A DNA stretch of 63,848 bases, filler included, from Chiloscyllium plagiosum (GCF_004010195.1; 4 parts of one record of this genome joined end to end with filler, not necessarily neighbours in it); one strand, 5' to 3'; shown: positions 37,163-49,569, numbered from the whole stretch's first letter. Numbers and translations are program-made. Notes: a model not told the origin generated them from the sequence alone.

Positions 37163-37884
37163 TATTGCAAAGTTGGGTAGAGTACTTTAGATTGGGAGGC
37201 AGGAAGTTAGAATTTGGTGTTTATAAGGTGCTGAGGGGAAGGCAGGAAATATTGCATGCTCCCCTTAAAAGTCTTTTGAATTTAGCCAATCAATTTGATC
37301 CAGGTGCTTAGATATCGAAAACCTATTAAACTTAAATTTGATGGTTTTGACAACATAGGACCAATCATATTCTAAAAAATCATCATGGGTATAAAAGAAG
37401 GGGGTAATTGGACAAAGACTCCAGAGCAAGCTGCCATCCACCAGAATTAACAGCCCTCAGCTCAAGAGAGAATTGCTGTCTTTCACAGCATACTCTATGT
37501 TTTTTATAAAGCACCATCTAAATAACAATGGTACCAACAATGGAGAAGGCATTCCTCTCAGAAGAATTGATGGGGAACACATTTCTGACAAAAGAATTGA
37601 TGGAGGCAGTGTTCCTGATTGAAGAGTCAATGGAGAAGGCATTCCAGAGGACACATAACCTGGCTGTAGTTTCGAGAGAATAAATTCTTTTTTATATTTG
37701 AGTGGAACCTGTATTTATTGGATACTTGAGTGTCAGGGATTTATTTTATTTAACCACTAAAAGTTGCTGAAAAGCAGGTTACATCACTTTTCACATTCCT
37801 TTCTACAGATTATAGGGCAGGGTGCTCCCATTTGGGTGTTTCGGCTTTAGCTCTTAGAGTGGGGTCAACCTCCACTTTTTAACA
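37163..37884 (+). repeat. 5' LTR of the Gmr1-like element
   Basis: Colinear with 40530-41465; contains GGACCAATC, TATAAAA and AATAAA, and ends TAACA. Confidence 0.85.
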
Positions 37885-37887
37885 GAT

Positions 37888-37907
37888 TGGGAGCTCAGGT
37901 CCAGGAT
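37888..37907 (+). promoter_or_regulatory. Degenerate primer-binding site, tRNA-Pro-like
   Basis: TGGGAGCTCAGGTCCAGGAT lies 3 nt after the LTR end and resembles TGGGGGCTCGTCCGGGAT. Confidence 0.7.
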
Positions 37908-40529
37908 TTGCACAGATTTGAACAGATTTAGAGTCTGAAAGGTCCCAGAATATTTAAACAGATGTGGGCACTAGTGTCCTAGATCTATAAATAAAACTTA
38001 AGAGGTAAATGGAAAATCTGTTTCATTTCATTCACTTAGTTAAATCAAAAATGGGGAAATGGCTCTTAACATTACTAGAGAAGTTCTGGGGGCTGAAGAT
38101 GCATCTCAAATTTGCCAAGAAAGTTTGAAGAACCTTTTACATGAATTCTAATCGATTGTGTTGGTCCCCTCCCTTAAACCAAAATTGGGTACCAGAATTT
38201 GCTAACCATAATGGACATGTCTACCAGGTTTCTGGAGGCAATTCCATTTCAGAATGTTAAGGCAAAAACAGTTGTGGAGGAGTTGCTTGTTTTCTTTACC
38301 TATTATAGATTACCCAGAGAGAGTCACTCAGACCAAGAGTCCAATTTTACTGGCAAATTATTTAAGGAGGTCATGGACAGTTTGGGCATCAATAACTTTA
38401 ACTCAAGTGCAAACCATTCTGAATCCCAGGGAGCATTGGAAAGATAAGGTCAGATCATAAAGACAACATTGAGGGCTTATTGCACTAATGATTGGAATAA
38501 ATGTGTTCCATTTATGTTATTTGCTGTTAGAGATGGTCCAAATGAATCAACACATTTGTATTTATATTAGGACATGAAGTAAGAGGGCCTTTAAAATTAA
38601 TGAAGGAAAGGTTGATAGATCCAAATCTCATAGTTTGATTAGGTATCTGAGGTGAGGGAAAGATTAAACAGAGTAGCTCGACAATATTTGAAGGTGGCAC
38701 AGCACCTAATGAAGCAAGAAGTAGATAAGAAATCTAGAGTTCGTACATTTAGCCATGGGGATAAAATGCTGATCCTGTTACCAGTGGTAGGAGATCCTTT
38801 CAAAACAAGGTTTAGTGTCCCTATTAGATTGAAAAGAAGTTAAATCATGCAAACTGTCTGGTAAAGATGCCAGATAGGAAAATAAACTATCAAAAATAAA
38901 TAAATTATGTCATGTGAACATGCTGAAACATTACTATGACAGGGAAAGGTTACTGAAGAAACAGGGATAAGTACTGCCACTCAGAGTGAGGAATCAAATC
39001 CAGATGATTTGGATTTTAATGTGTCTCAGAATAAATTGAATAATAAGGAAGTAATCAAGGAATGGGATAGGGTAGTGAGCTATCTGTCCCAAGAACAAAG
39101 AACTGAATTGAAAGATTTGCTACAATGTTATGAGGACCTATGTAGAAATAGAATAGGGAGGACTAATGCCATAGTACATGAGGTTGATGTAGGGAATGCT
39201 GTTCTGATAAAACAACACCCCTACTAGCTTAATTCTCTCAAAACAGCACAGATTCAGAAGAAAGTGGAGGCAATGGTGCAAGAAGACATCATACAGACGA
39301 GTCAAAGTGAGCAGGGTTCACCAATCATGTTAGTACCCAAACCTGATGGTACTCAATGATTCTGCATACATTATTGGAAGATCAACACTGTAACTAAATA
39401 TGACTCATATCCAATGCCAAAGCTGGAGGATTGTGTGGAAAAAGTCGGACAAGCCACTTACATCACAAAGTTGGACTTTTTTCAAGGACCTTTGTCGGAG
39501 AGAGCAAAGGAGGTTTCTGCTTTTGTAACTCCTTTATCAATTTAAAGTGATGCCCTTTGAAATGAAAAACGTACCAGCCACTTTTCAAAGGCTTATGAAT
39601 ACAGTTGTTCCAGGATTGACTAATTGTGCTGTCTACATAGATGATTTAGTGATCTTCAGCCATTCATGGAAAGATCACATGGAGGATTTGACAGAGCTCT
39701 TTGAGAGACTATGGAAGTCAAAGTTGGTTAAAAACCTGGCAAAAACAATTTTCAAAGGCAGAAGTGACTTTCTTAGGGCACATCGGATATGGATGGATAT
39801 GAAAACGAAGGCCACCAAGGAATTTCCCAGATCATCCTCGAAGAAGGAAGTGCTATAATTTTTAGGATTGTGCGGATTCTACAGGGGAAATTATTACCAA
39901 ACTTTAGTAGCATTGTGGCATTGTTTATGGACTTTATAAAAAAGACCACAACATTTTGGTGGACAGAACAATGCTAGGATGCACTTGAGCACTTAAAAGC
40001 AGTGTTAACCACCACACCAAATTTTTGAAATCCTTCAAAGTCGCCATTGATGCAAGTGATGTATGTATTGGAGTTGTTACAGGAGGATGGTTGTGGAATT
40101 GAAAGACCAATTGATTATTTTCCAAAAACACTCAATATCCACTTGAAAAAAATTGAGAAAGAGTTTGATAATGGCTTTAAACATTTTAATGTTTACATTG
40201 CAAATAATATACAGAGATGATTGTGTCTCCCAATCACAATCCTTTGGCATTTCTGGACAGATTTAAGGACAAGAATACCAGATTATTTCATTGGAGTCTC
40301 ATGTTACAAGCATTTCATTTACAGATTGTACATCTTGTGGGTCATGAAAACATTATCATTTTATTACATGGTTAAAAGAAAAATGCTTACATAAGATTGA
40401 AAAGGTAAAATGTGTAACTCTAGATTAATGAGCTATGGATTTAGTAATACAATGGAGTTGAAGTTTTAAAAGAAGAAAAAGAAATGAAGCCATCATTTCA
40501 TAATGATGGTTCATTTTCTTTCTCTCAAA

Positions 40530-41465
40530 ATGCAAAGTTGTGTACAGTACTTGTAGTTTGGGAAGCAAGATGTTATAATTTGGTATTTTCAAAGTGCTGA
40601 GGAGAAAGTATTGCATGACCCCTTTAAAAGTGGTGCATTTCTGTGCTTAGAGATTTAAAATGAATGCCTGTGAGCAGCAGCGTGAAAGTTTGCAAGCACA
40701 CAGAGAATCCAAATTGAAATAGTTACATCAAAAGGCTCTACAGTTAGCAGGCCAAGCAGCAGTTTTTAACAAGACAACAAGTCTTTTGAATTTAGTCAAT
40801 CAATTTGAACCAAGTACTTAGATACCAAAAACTTAAATTTAAATCTGATGGTTTTGATAACATGGGACCAATCCTATTGTAAGAAATATTGATACGTCAT
40901 CATACGTATAAAAGAAGGGGGCAGTTGAACAAATACCCCAAAACAAGCTGCCATTTACCAGAGCTAACAGCCCTCAGCTCGAGAGAGAATCGCTGGCTGT
41001 CACAGCATCCTCAATGTATTCAAGAAAACATTATCTGAATAAGAATGATTGAGGAGACATTCCAGACAGGAGAATCGACAGAGAAGGCATTCCTAATAGA
41101 AGAATCAATGGAGAAGGCTTAGAACATTCCAGAAGACAGATAACTTGACTGCAATTTTGAGAGACTAAATTCTATTTTTTTTGTTATATGAGTGGGACTT
41201 TGGAACAACATACCATTAGAATCATGCTTTATTTGGGAATAGTTAGTAGTTAGAACAGATTTATTTAGTTTATTAATAATTTAGTTAATTTGTTCATTGT
41301 TAGATAAATAAATTGTTACTTGTTGATTTTAAAGTGAGTGTCTGGGATTTATTTTATTTAAGCACTAGAAGTTGCTGAAAAGCAGGTTACATCACATTTC
41401 ACACTTTATTTTACAGATTATAGAGTGAGGTGCTCCTATTTGAGTGTTTCGGTTTTAGTTCTCAG
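40530..41465 (+). repeat. 3' LTR of the Gmr1-like element, end clipped by CR1
   Basis: Diverged direct repeat of 37163-37860, with extra segments absent from the 5' copy. Confidence 0.85.
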
Positions 41466-42014
41466 TACGGCAGAGGAATGGACCCTTCAGTCTAAAATGT
41501 TGTGTTAAACTTGACACCAAATTAAACTAATCCCTTCTGCCTGCCCTTGGTCCATATCCCTTAGTTCCTTGCATATTCATGTGCTCATCTAAAAGTCCTT
41601 TAAATGCCCATATTGTATCTCCCTTACAACCATCCCTGGCAGCATGTTCCAGACTCCTCCCACTCTCTGTATAAAAACTTGCCCCTCATATCTCCTTTGA
41701 ACACTCCCCATGCCTCTCCCCTCCCCCACCCCCCCCCACCCTCCACCTTAAATGCATGCCCTCTATTTTTAGACATTTTAGTTTTTCTAGCCTCTCCTTA
41801 GAGCTCATACCCTCTAATCCAGGCAGCATCCTGGTAAACCTCCTCCAAACCCTCTCCAAAGCCTCCACATATTTCCTGTAATGTGGCGACCAGAATGAAA
41901 CACAGTACTCTAAGTGTAGCCTAACCAAAGTCTTATAAAGCTGCAACATGACATCCTGACTCTTGCACTCAATTCCTCAACCAATAAAGGCAAACATGCC
42001 ATATGCCTTCTTTA

Positions 42015-42571
42015 GTCAAGAATGTGGTGCTGGAAAAACACAGCAGGTTAGGCAACATGCAAGGAGCAGGAGAATTGATGTTTCGGGAATAAGCGCTTCA
42101 TCAGGAAAGTTGCTGATAAGCCCTTCCTGATGAGGGGCTTATGCCTGAAACGTCGATTCTCCTTGGATGCTGCCTGACCTGCTGTGTTTTTCCAGCATCA
42201 CACTGTCAACTCTGATGTCCAGCATCTGCAGTCCTCACTTCCTCCTAATTGATTTTAACCATACTGCGAAGTGTTTTTCAAGGATGCTTACCCTGAAGAA
42301 GTTCTCCTCTCTCTACAAGGATCTCAGTGAGTCTTTCTCTCACTGCATCCCCCCAGGTCATCTCGTCTGCCCTGAAGCTCTTCCACATGCTGAAGCAGAC
42401 TCGCTACCACAGCCACATCTCCTTTATCAGTGCCAAAAGATTCCTGATGAAGGGCTTATGCCCAAAACATTGATTCTCCTGCTCCTTGGATACTGCCTGA
42501 CCAGTTGTGCTTTTCCAACAAAACACTCTTGCCTCTGATCTCCAGCATTTTCAGTCCTCACTTTCTCCTAA
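42015..42571 (+). mobile_element. Miniature non-autonomous PLE family B unit: inverted repeat, HHR repeat, ORF start, HHR repeat
   Basis: 12-bp TSD ATGCCTTCTTTA (42003-42014, 42572-42583). HHR motifs at 42127 and 42444, and MLTLKKFSS begins at ATG 42284. Confidence 0.85.
42124..42156 (+). ncRNA. Minimal hammerhead ribozyme motif (family B), core intact
   Basis: CUGAUGA-G-GGGC-UUAU-GCCU-GAAA-CGUC-GA. Confidence 0.78.
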
Positions 42572-43117
42572 ATGCCTTCTTTACCACCCTGTCTGCTTGA
42601 GGCCACATTCACATTGCTATGGACTTCAATGATAAGATCCTTCTGTACATCAATGCTGTTCAGGGTCCTGCCATTAACTGTATATTTTTCCTTAACATTT
42701 GATCTCCCAAAGTGCAGCATCTTCACATATACTCAGACTAAACTCCATCTTCCATTTCTCTGTCCATATCTGCAACTGATCCATATCGCCCTGTACTCCT
42801 TGACAACTTTCTGCACTATCCACAATTCCACTGACCTTTGTATCATCTGCAAACTTACTAACACTTCCATCTACATTTTCAAAATTTCACAAACAGCAGA
42901 GGTCCCGGTACAGATCCCTCCAGAACACCACCAGTCACGGACCTCCAGCTTGAAAAATACCCTTCTACTACTATCTTTTGCCTTCTATGGGCAAGCTAAT
43001 TTTGAATCCATGTAACCAAGTCTCCCTGGCTCTAATGCATCCTAATCTTCTGGATGAGCTGAAAATGTGTGGCTGGAAAAGCGCAGCAGGTCAGGCAGCA
43101 TCCAGGGAACAGGAGAA

Positions 43118-43150
43118 TCGACGTTTCGGGCATAAGCCCTTCTTCAGGAA
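43118..43150 (-). ncRNA. Minimal hammerhead ribozyme motif (family B), core intact
   Basis: UUC-CUGAAGA-AGGGCUUAUGCCC-GAAACGUC-GA. Confidence 0.8.
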
Positions 43151-43203
43151 TGAGGAAAGTGTGTCCAGCAGGCTAAGATAAAAGGTAGGGAGGAGGGACT
43201 TGG

Positions 43204-43578
43204 NNNNNNNNNNNNNNNNNNNNNNNNNNNNNNNNNNNNNNNNNNNNNNNNNNNNNNNNNNNNNNNNNNNNNNNNNNNNNNNNNNNNNNNNNNNNNNNNN
43301 NNNNNNNNNNNNNNNNNNNNNNNNNNNNNNNNNNNNNNNNNNNNNNNNNNNNNNNNNNNNNNNNNNNNNNNNNNNNNNNNNNNNNNNNNNNNNNNNNNNN
43401 NNNNNNNNNNNNNNNNNNNNNNNNNNNNNNNNNNNNNNNNNNNNNNNNNNNNNNNNNNNNNNNNNNNNNNNNNNNNNNNNNNNNNNNNNNNNNNNNNNNN
43501 NNNNNNNNNNNNNNNNNNNNNNNNNNNNNNNNNNNNNNNNNNNNNNNNNNNNNNNNNNNNNNNNNNNNNNNNNNNNNN
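43204..43578. other. Assembly gap (N run)
   Basis: Uninterrupted Ns, with the same PLE on both sides. Confidence 0.95.
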
Positions 43579-44319
43579 TGGAGGTTGGTTTGGTGGGGGG
43601 TGTGGATCTGACGAGGGAGTCACGGAGGGAGTGGTCTTTACGGAATGCTGATAGGGGAGGGGAGGGAAATATATCCTTCGTGGTGGGGTCCGTTTGGAGG
43701 TGGCGGAAATGACGGCGGATGATGCGCTGTACATGGAGATTGTGGGGTGGTAGGTGAGGACCAGTGGGGTTCTGTCCTGGTGGCGGTTGGAGGGGCGGGG
43801 CCCTCTGGATGACCCTACCATGAGGGGCCTTGTCAAAAGCCTTTCTAAATTCCATGTAGACAAATCCACTGTTCTATCCTCATTGATCACCTTGGTGATC
43901 TTCTTGAAAAACTCAATCAAGTTAGTAAGACATGACCTGCCTGCACAAACCATGCTTTTCTAAATGTGCGTAAATCCTATCTCTAAGATTTCTCTCTAAT
44001 AGCTTCCCAATTCCCTGTCTTTAGTTTCCTGGATTATCCCTAATTCCCTTCTTGAACAGAGGAACAACCCTAGCTATTCGCTATTCCTCCGGGTCGTCTC
44101 CAGTGAGGATACAAAGATCTGAGTCAAAGGCCCAACAATTTCCTCTCTTGCTTCTTTCAATAACCTGGGGTAGATCCCTATGAGCCCTGTGGACTTATCC
44201 ACATTAATGCTCTTCAAGAAACCCAACACCACTTCTTTCTTGATCTCAAAATGCCCTAGCTAATTAACATGCCTCACAAATCTCACAATCCTTCTCCTGG
44301 GCCATAACGCTCCTGAATT

Positions 44320-44615
44320 TTCAGAAAAGGCTGGATATCTGAGACCTTTTTCCCCTGAAGCATAGAAGACTGAGTTATGAGTCTTTACAGAGGGTTATAA
44401 AATCAAGAGGGGCCGAGATAAAGTGAATGGCAAAGATCTTTTCCCCAGGGTAGAGAAGCTTAGGTTTAAGGTGAGAGGGAAAAAAATTAAAAGGGACCTG
44501 AGGGACAATGTATTCACACAGAGGATGGTGCATATATGGAGCTTCCAGAAGAAGTGGTAGAAGCAGGTAGTTACAATACTTAAAGGACATATGACTCCTA
44601 AGGGTAAAAGTTATG
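44320..44615 (+). mobile_element. CR1 3' ORF2 fragment
   Basis: CTTTTTCCCCTGAAGCATAGAAGACTGAG...GGTTTAAGGTGAGAGGG. Confidence 0.75.
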
Positions 44616-45009
44616 TTACTGTGGGATGTGCTATGTACTTGCACAAAGAGCAACACTCCTCACAAGTAAGTACTTTATGTAGCAGGTTCTTATCTTCAGT
44701 AATCACACAGGATTTGTCTGCAGACTCATACCTGTGATGTAGTGTATCTATGCTATTTTTGCTAGCTATTTCTTAATCTCTTCACTGTCTTTAGTCTAAA
44801 GGGTTAAGGTGTCTAGTAAGATTTTCCAAAATACTGCTGAAATGTTGGTCCTTGTCCATTGTGATACTCCACAATCTTTTCTGAATTTTGCTTACATGCA
44901 ATTTTCCTTTTCCACCACATTAGTCTTCCATAATCCTGTCACATTCAAATGATTCAAAGTATATGATTGGAGGTGAGAAATAGGTGACTTTTTGCTATAT
45001 ATTACAGAC

Positions 45010-46490
45010 TAGTTGAAATTGTAGGTGTTGAGCAACTGAGCAGTGTAGTGCTAGATAAGGAAGTAGAGCTGAAAAAGCTGGCAGATAGAGAAGCCGACAA
45101 GCCCACCTTGGGATGCATTCCAATTGCTAAGAGGTGAGGGAACAAATTGCGGAACAATTGACAGAAATTTTCAAGGCATATCTGAACACAAGATTAGTCC
45201 CAAGGACTGAGGATTGAAAATACGACAGCATATTTTAAGAAAGGGACAAAGGATAATCCACAAAGCTACACGTCTGTCAGTGTGACATCAATAGTGGGAA
45301 AACTAATGAAGAGCATAATATGGAAGAAGGCAAAGATAAAAACATTTAAAGAAAAATAAGTTAATACAATAGTTAACATGGCTTTGTCAAGGGCAGGTCA
45401 GGTCTGACAAATTTGATTGAGTTTTTTGACAAGGTGACAAAGGTAGTGGACGAAGATAACACTGTGGACTTTCAGAAAGCATTTGCTCGGTGTTACATGA
45501 CAGATTGTTGAGTAAATTCGAAATGTTTGGGATTGATGGTCTTTGGCAACATAGATTAGAAGTTGGCTAAAAGTTAGGAAATAGAAGTTATATATAAATA
45601 TACACTAATTAGTTTGGAAACAAGTTGAAAGTTGTACTCCCAGGGATAAATTTTGGGACCTTTGCATTTTCTGATTTCTATAAACAATTTCAAGGATGGG
45701 TGTTGCAGTTAATACTAAACTCAGGAAAACAGTGAATTGTGAGGATGACAGTGAGCAACTTCGGAGGAACATTGACAAGATGACAAAGTTCTTGAAGAGA
45801 AATGTGAAGTAATGTATTTTGATAGATGAAACACAGTGAGATAATACAGCTGCAATGGTACAAACTTGAGGGGAGTAAAAGAGCAGAGAGACCTCGAGGT
45901 TCACATGCATACTTCTCTGAACGTGCTCAGGCAAGTTGAAACATTGTTAAGGTGGCTTCTTGGTTTATAAATAGAGGCATTCTGTAGAAAAAAAAGTAAT
46001 GCGACAGTTCTACAAATCATGAGTCAGAGCACACTTGGATTATTGTGATCATTTCTGGACATCTTACTTAAAGAAGGATGTTAAAGCCATGGAGAGAGTG
46101 CAATAGAGATTTACTAGAATGATATCAGGAATGAGGCATACAAGAAAAGGTTAGAGAAATTTGGCATATTCTTCTTAGAGCAGAGAAGATTAAGTGGTGA
46201 CCTTATGAGGTGTTCACAATTATGAACTATTTTGACAGTGTAAAGAAGGATATTCTGTTTCCACTAGTTGGTATGTTAGTAACTAGGGATCGCAATTTCA
46301 ATATTGTCAGCAAGAGAACTTGATGTCAGATCGGGAGAAACTTTCTCCCAGAAGGTTTCAGAATTTCCGAGGTTTCAGAATTTGGAATGTCCTGCTGAGG
46401 AAAATGGTGGAGGCAGATTCCATAGGAGGTTTCACAAGAGGACTGGATATATATTGGTGAAAGTGATGAATTTAGAGTGGCTTTGGTAGA
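45010..46490 (+). mobile_element. Older CR1 subfamily ORF2 remnant
   Basis: HGFVKGRSGLTNLIEFFDKVT and DFQKAF motifs; colinear with 18400-20000. Confidence 0.82.
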
Positions 46491-46499
46491 CTGCTCGGC

Positions 46500-48660
46500 A
46501 CCTCTCTCCTAAAACCTCTCTTCAAAAAAATCAGAATAAGATAATCGTTTAAAGCTATAATATTGTCACACTTACCAATTAAAAAACTGAACCATCAATA
46601 TACAAAGATGGCTTAAGTTTAGAAACCTTTAGTCTTACGCTATGAGTACACAAAAGATATACATTACATTGATTCTAAGCATGCAAATGTTCACGACTAC
46701 AGTTTATTTCAGTCCATTTATTCCTGCCATTGAAGGCTTTCTTCATCAAAGTCATGGCAAAGCGTTGGCTATTACATTCTGTCATCCTGCCACCCGTATA
46801 ATTTTTAAATTTAATAGTGGCAATAATAAGCTACATCTAAACAGTCTGGAATTTTTGTCCTTAAATTTCTTCAAAAACTGTTATGATCAGTGTATACAAT
46901 TGTCTCAGGCACATTACTGTCAAGGTAAATGTCGAAATGTTGCAACACCAACTACAAACTCAAGATTTCCTTCTTCTTGCAAGATTACAGCCTCATTCCT
47001 GATGAAGGGCTTATGCCCGAAACATCGATTCTCCTGCTCCTCGGATGCTGCCTGGCCTGCTGCGCTTCCCAGCACCACACTCTCAACCCTTGCAAGAGTA
47101 CAACACTGACACCCACATCACTCACCTTGAATGGCTTTATATTCGGAACCACATCGTGGGCTGAAGGGCCCATTCCCATGCTGTACAGTTCTATGTTCAA
47201 TTAGGTGTGGCTAACATTGGGGCAATGGTTAATGCAGCTTTCAGGCTGTCAAGTGCCTTATGACAGTCCACTGCAATTTTCTACACTTCTTTAATAAGTC
47301 AGTCAAGGAGCAACCACACTGCTAAAATTCAGTAGAAAACTTCTGATAAAATCACTCCAATCCCAGGAATTATAGTACCTCCTTGTCGGTAGTATGGGAA
47401 ACTCACTAATAATCTTTGTTTTCACATCCTGTGGGAAAGTTGCTTGTCCTATATTCTCAATACAGTCTTCCAAATGTGGAATACAATATAAATCAGATTT
47501 TGTAACTACACTGACTTTGAAAAGGTCCATACATAATCATTGGGTACAATCTAATTTTGGCACCATTATTTGGGCGAGCTCCATTCGCTGCAACTAACTT
47601 CAGTTATGTCATCTTTGAGCATGCATTCAATCTCTTGTTGAACCTGTGCCAACTTTAGAGGGTGAAGTCTACAAGGATGTTGTTTAATTGGAATTTTATT
47701 TTCTATATCTACACTATGCATAATTATATTACGACTTCTCAAGTTATTCTGAGATATCTCCCCATGTGATTATAATAACTCTTTCAAGTCATTTCGATTT
47801 TTCCTCTGGAAGGTAACTCAGTAATTTATCCCAATTTTTGTGAACTACCCTATTGTCCAATTTAACTTGGGAAATGTCCAATTCTGAATCCTCTGAACTT
47901 GGTTCTTCACTCTGTATTGTAACCAGTAACACTTTTTTTTGCTTTCCTTTCCAATCAAAATATCTTTGAGCACATTCACATGACACACTCTATGAGATTT
48001 CTTTCTATCTGGCATTCTTATCAAATATTTCACCTCACTCAATTTCCTTCAGATTTGATAAAGCCCATTAAATCTTACTTTTAAAGGTTTACCTACCACT
48101 GGAATGAACACTTTATCTTTGTTAGCAAAATTGTGAATTTTTAACTTGGTCTGTTTCATCATGTACTGTGTTACTTATAAATGCTTTCTAGTCAACTCAC
48201 CCACTCTATTTCATCTTTTCCTAAAATTTGACACACAGTCCAACTGCATGGTTTCTAATAAAAGCAAATTATGACAAAGGGTCAGTTAGACTCGAAATGT
48301 CAGCTCTTTTCTCTCCTTACAGATGCTGCCAGTCCTGCTGAGATTTTCCAGCATTTTCTCTTTTGGTTGCATGGTTTCTGACCTCTGACACATTAAATTC
48401 TCCTTAATTAATTTCAGGGGTCCTCTCATCTCACACCTAAAAGTGAATTTAAACAGACTTAATTTGCTAGATTCATTTGGTGCATCCCTAATTGCAAAAA
48501 AGTACAAATGAGCCAATCCTCTGGATAGTCTTGACTATAAACCCGCTACATGATCTTTAAAGTTTAATGCCACCGATCTAATGCTCTCTTTGACTCTGGG
48601 TGGTAAGCGGTGGATTTGAATCATTTTATTCCTAAGCTATCTCAAATTTTTTGAATAGTT
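46500..48660 (-). mobile_element. Second Gmr1-like pol relic (INT, RT, RNase H, PPT-like tract)
   Basis: Reading 5'->3' on the minus strand: integrase (KSTAYHPESKRAL, FAIRDAPNES, RVCHVNVLK), then RT N-terminus (KQHP, IMVPKLD, IPHLEDCIENIGQA), then RNase H (ETIVYTDHN...NVIANAL), then a purine tract at ~46500-46525. Confidence 0.82.
46985..47090 (+). mobile_element. PLE family B terminal fragment with an HHR motif
   Basis: CTGATGAAGGGCTTATGCCCGAAACATCG at 46999. Confidence 0.8.
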
Positions 48661-48661
48661 T

Positions 48662-48921
48662 TAGACATAAAACATAGAACAGTACAGCACAGAACAGGCC
48701 TTTCAGCCCACGATGTTGTGCCGACCATTGATCCTCATGTATGCACCCTCAAATTTCTGTGACCATATGCATGTCCAGTAGTCTCTTAAATGTCCCCAAT
48801 GACCTTGCTTCCACAACTGCTGCTGGCAACGCATTCCATGCTCTCACAACTCTCTGTGTAAAGAACCCACCTCAGACATCCCCTCTATACTTTCCTCCAA
48901 CCAGCCTAAAACTATGACCCC
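48662..48921 (-). mobile_element. CR1 3' tail, cut by the spacer
   Basis: AACATAGAACAGTACAGCACAGAACAGG tail and the FFTQRVVRAWNAL end of ORF2. Confidence 0.88.
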
Positions 48922-49021
48922 NNNNNNNNNNNNNNNNNNNNNNNNNNNNNNNNNNNNNNNNNNNNTTAATTAATTAANNNNNNNNNNNNNNNNNNNNNNN
49001 NNNNNNNNNNNNNNNNNNNNN
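48922..49021. other. Artificial 100-bp contig spacer
   Basis: 44 N + TTAATTAATTAA + 44 N. Confidence 0.92.
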
Positions 49022-49167
49022 CAAGTCCCTCCTCCCTACCTTTTATCTTAGCCTGCTGGACACACTTGCCTCATTCCTGAAGAAGGGCTTATGCCCGAAA
49101 CAACGATTCTCCTGTTCCTTGGATGCTGCCTGACCTGCTGTGCTTTTCCAGCAACACATTTTCAGCC
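49022..49167 (+). mobile_element. PLE family B 3' terminus with an HHR motif
   Basis: Reverse complement of 43058-43202; CTGAAGA...GAAA at 49077-49100. Confidence 0.85.
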
Positions 49168-49380
49168 ATATCCCTCTAAACCTTTCTAACTTGTATACCT
49201 GCCCAAACATCTTTTAAATGTTATAATTGTACCACCTTGACCACTTTCTCTGGCAGCTTGTTCCATGCATACACCACCCTTTGTATGAAAATGTTACCCT
49301 TCAGGTCCCTTTTAAATCTTTTCCTCCTCACCCTAAACATATGCCCTCTAGTTTTAGACTCCTCTACCCTGGAGAAATGC
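49168..49380 (-). mobile_element. CR1 3' fragment
   Basis: Similar to 3655-3870. Confidence 0.75.
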
Positions 49381-49569
49381 CCAGTGCAAAAAACAAAGTG
49401 GTTAATAAAGGAGAAAGAATAAAAGAGACGTAAAAAAGGTATAAATTAAAATGTAAAAGGATGAGAATTAGCCCAAATTATTAAATGTAAAATAAATAAT
49501 TCTCAGACAAGACAATGCAATGGTGATGGGTTAGAGAATGGGAGAGAAAATGAGAAAACTATAAGATAG

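Larger units (their letters stand above)
37163..41465 (+). mobile_element. Gmr1-like LTR retrotransposon relic (LTR, PBS, [gag/PR deleted], INT, RT, RNase H, LTR)
   Basis: Integrase IDCVGPLP, LTIMDMSTRFLEAIP, SDQESNFT and SQGALER (~38150-38950) precedes RT (MPFEMKNVPATFQRLMN, VYIDDLVIFS; ~39200-39900) and RNase H (FKVAIDASD, ~40030-40360). Direct LTRs flank it. Confidence 0.88.
43058..43803 (-). mobile_element. Young PLE family B 3' fragment spanning a scaffold gap
   Basis: RTPLVLTYHP and FPSPPLSAFRKDHSLRDSLVRS motifs; 9-bp TSD TCTGGATGA (43049-43057, 43804-43812); CpGs retained. Confidence 0.9.
41462..44300 (-). mobile_element. CR1 ORF2 RT and 3' end with nested PLE insertions
   Basis: GRSCLTNLIEFF, EFRKAFDKAPH and LYKTLVRLHLEYCVSFWSP motifs. 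Confidence 0.9.

Noticed and set aside
43091..43953. Long 254/269-aa ORFs
   Set aside because: They are inflated by the N gap and fuse CR1 and PLE fragments.
44600..44830. Possible small plus-strand exons (CAA|GTAAGT at ~44665; TCTTTAG acceptor at ~44794)
   Set aside because: The splice-like signals do not pair into a convincing exon, and the peptides are too short to evaluate.
46642..47109. 155-aa plus-strand ORF with apparent TTTCAG acceptor and AAG|GTAAAT donor, resembling a host exon
   Set aside because: It is the antisense of the Gmr1-like RNase H end (ETIVYTDHN...NVIANAL) followed by a PLE terminal repeat.
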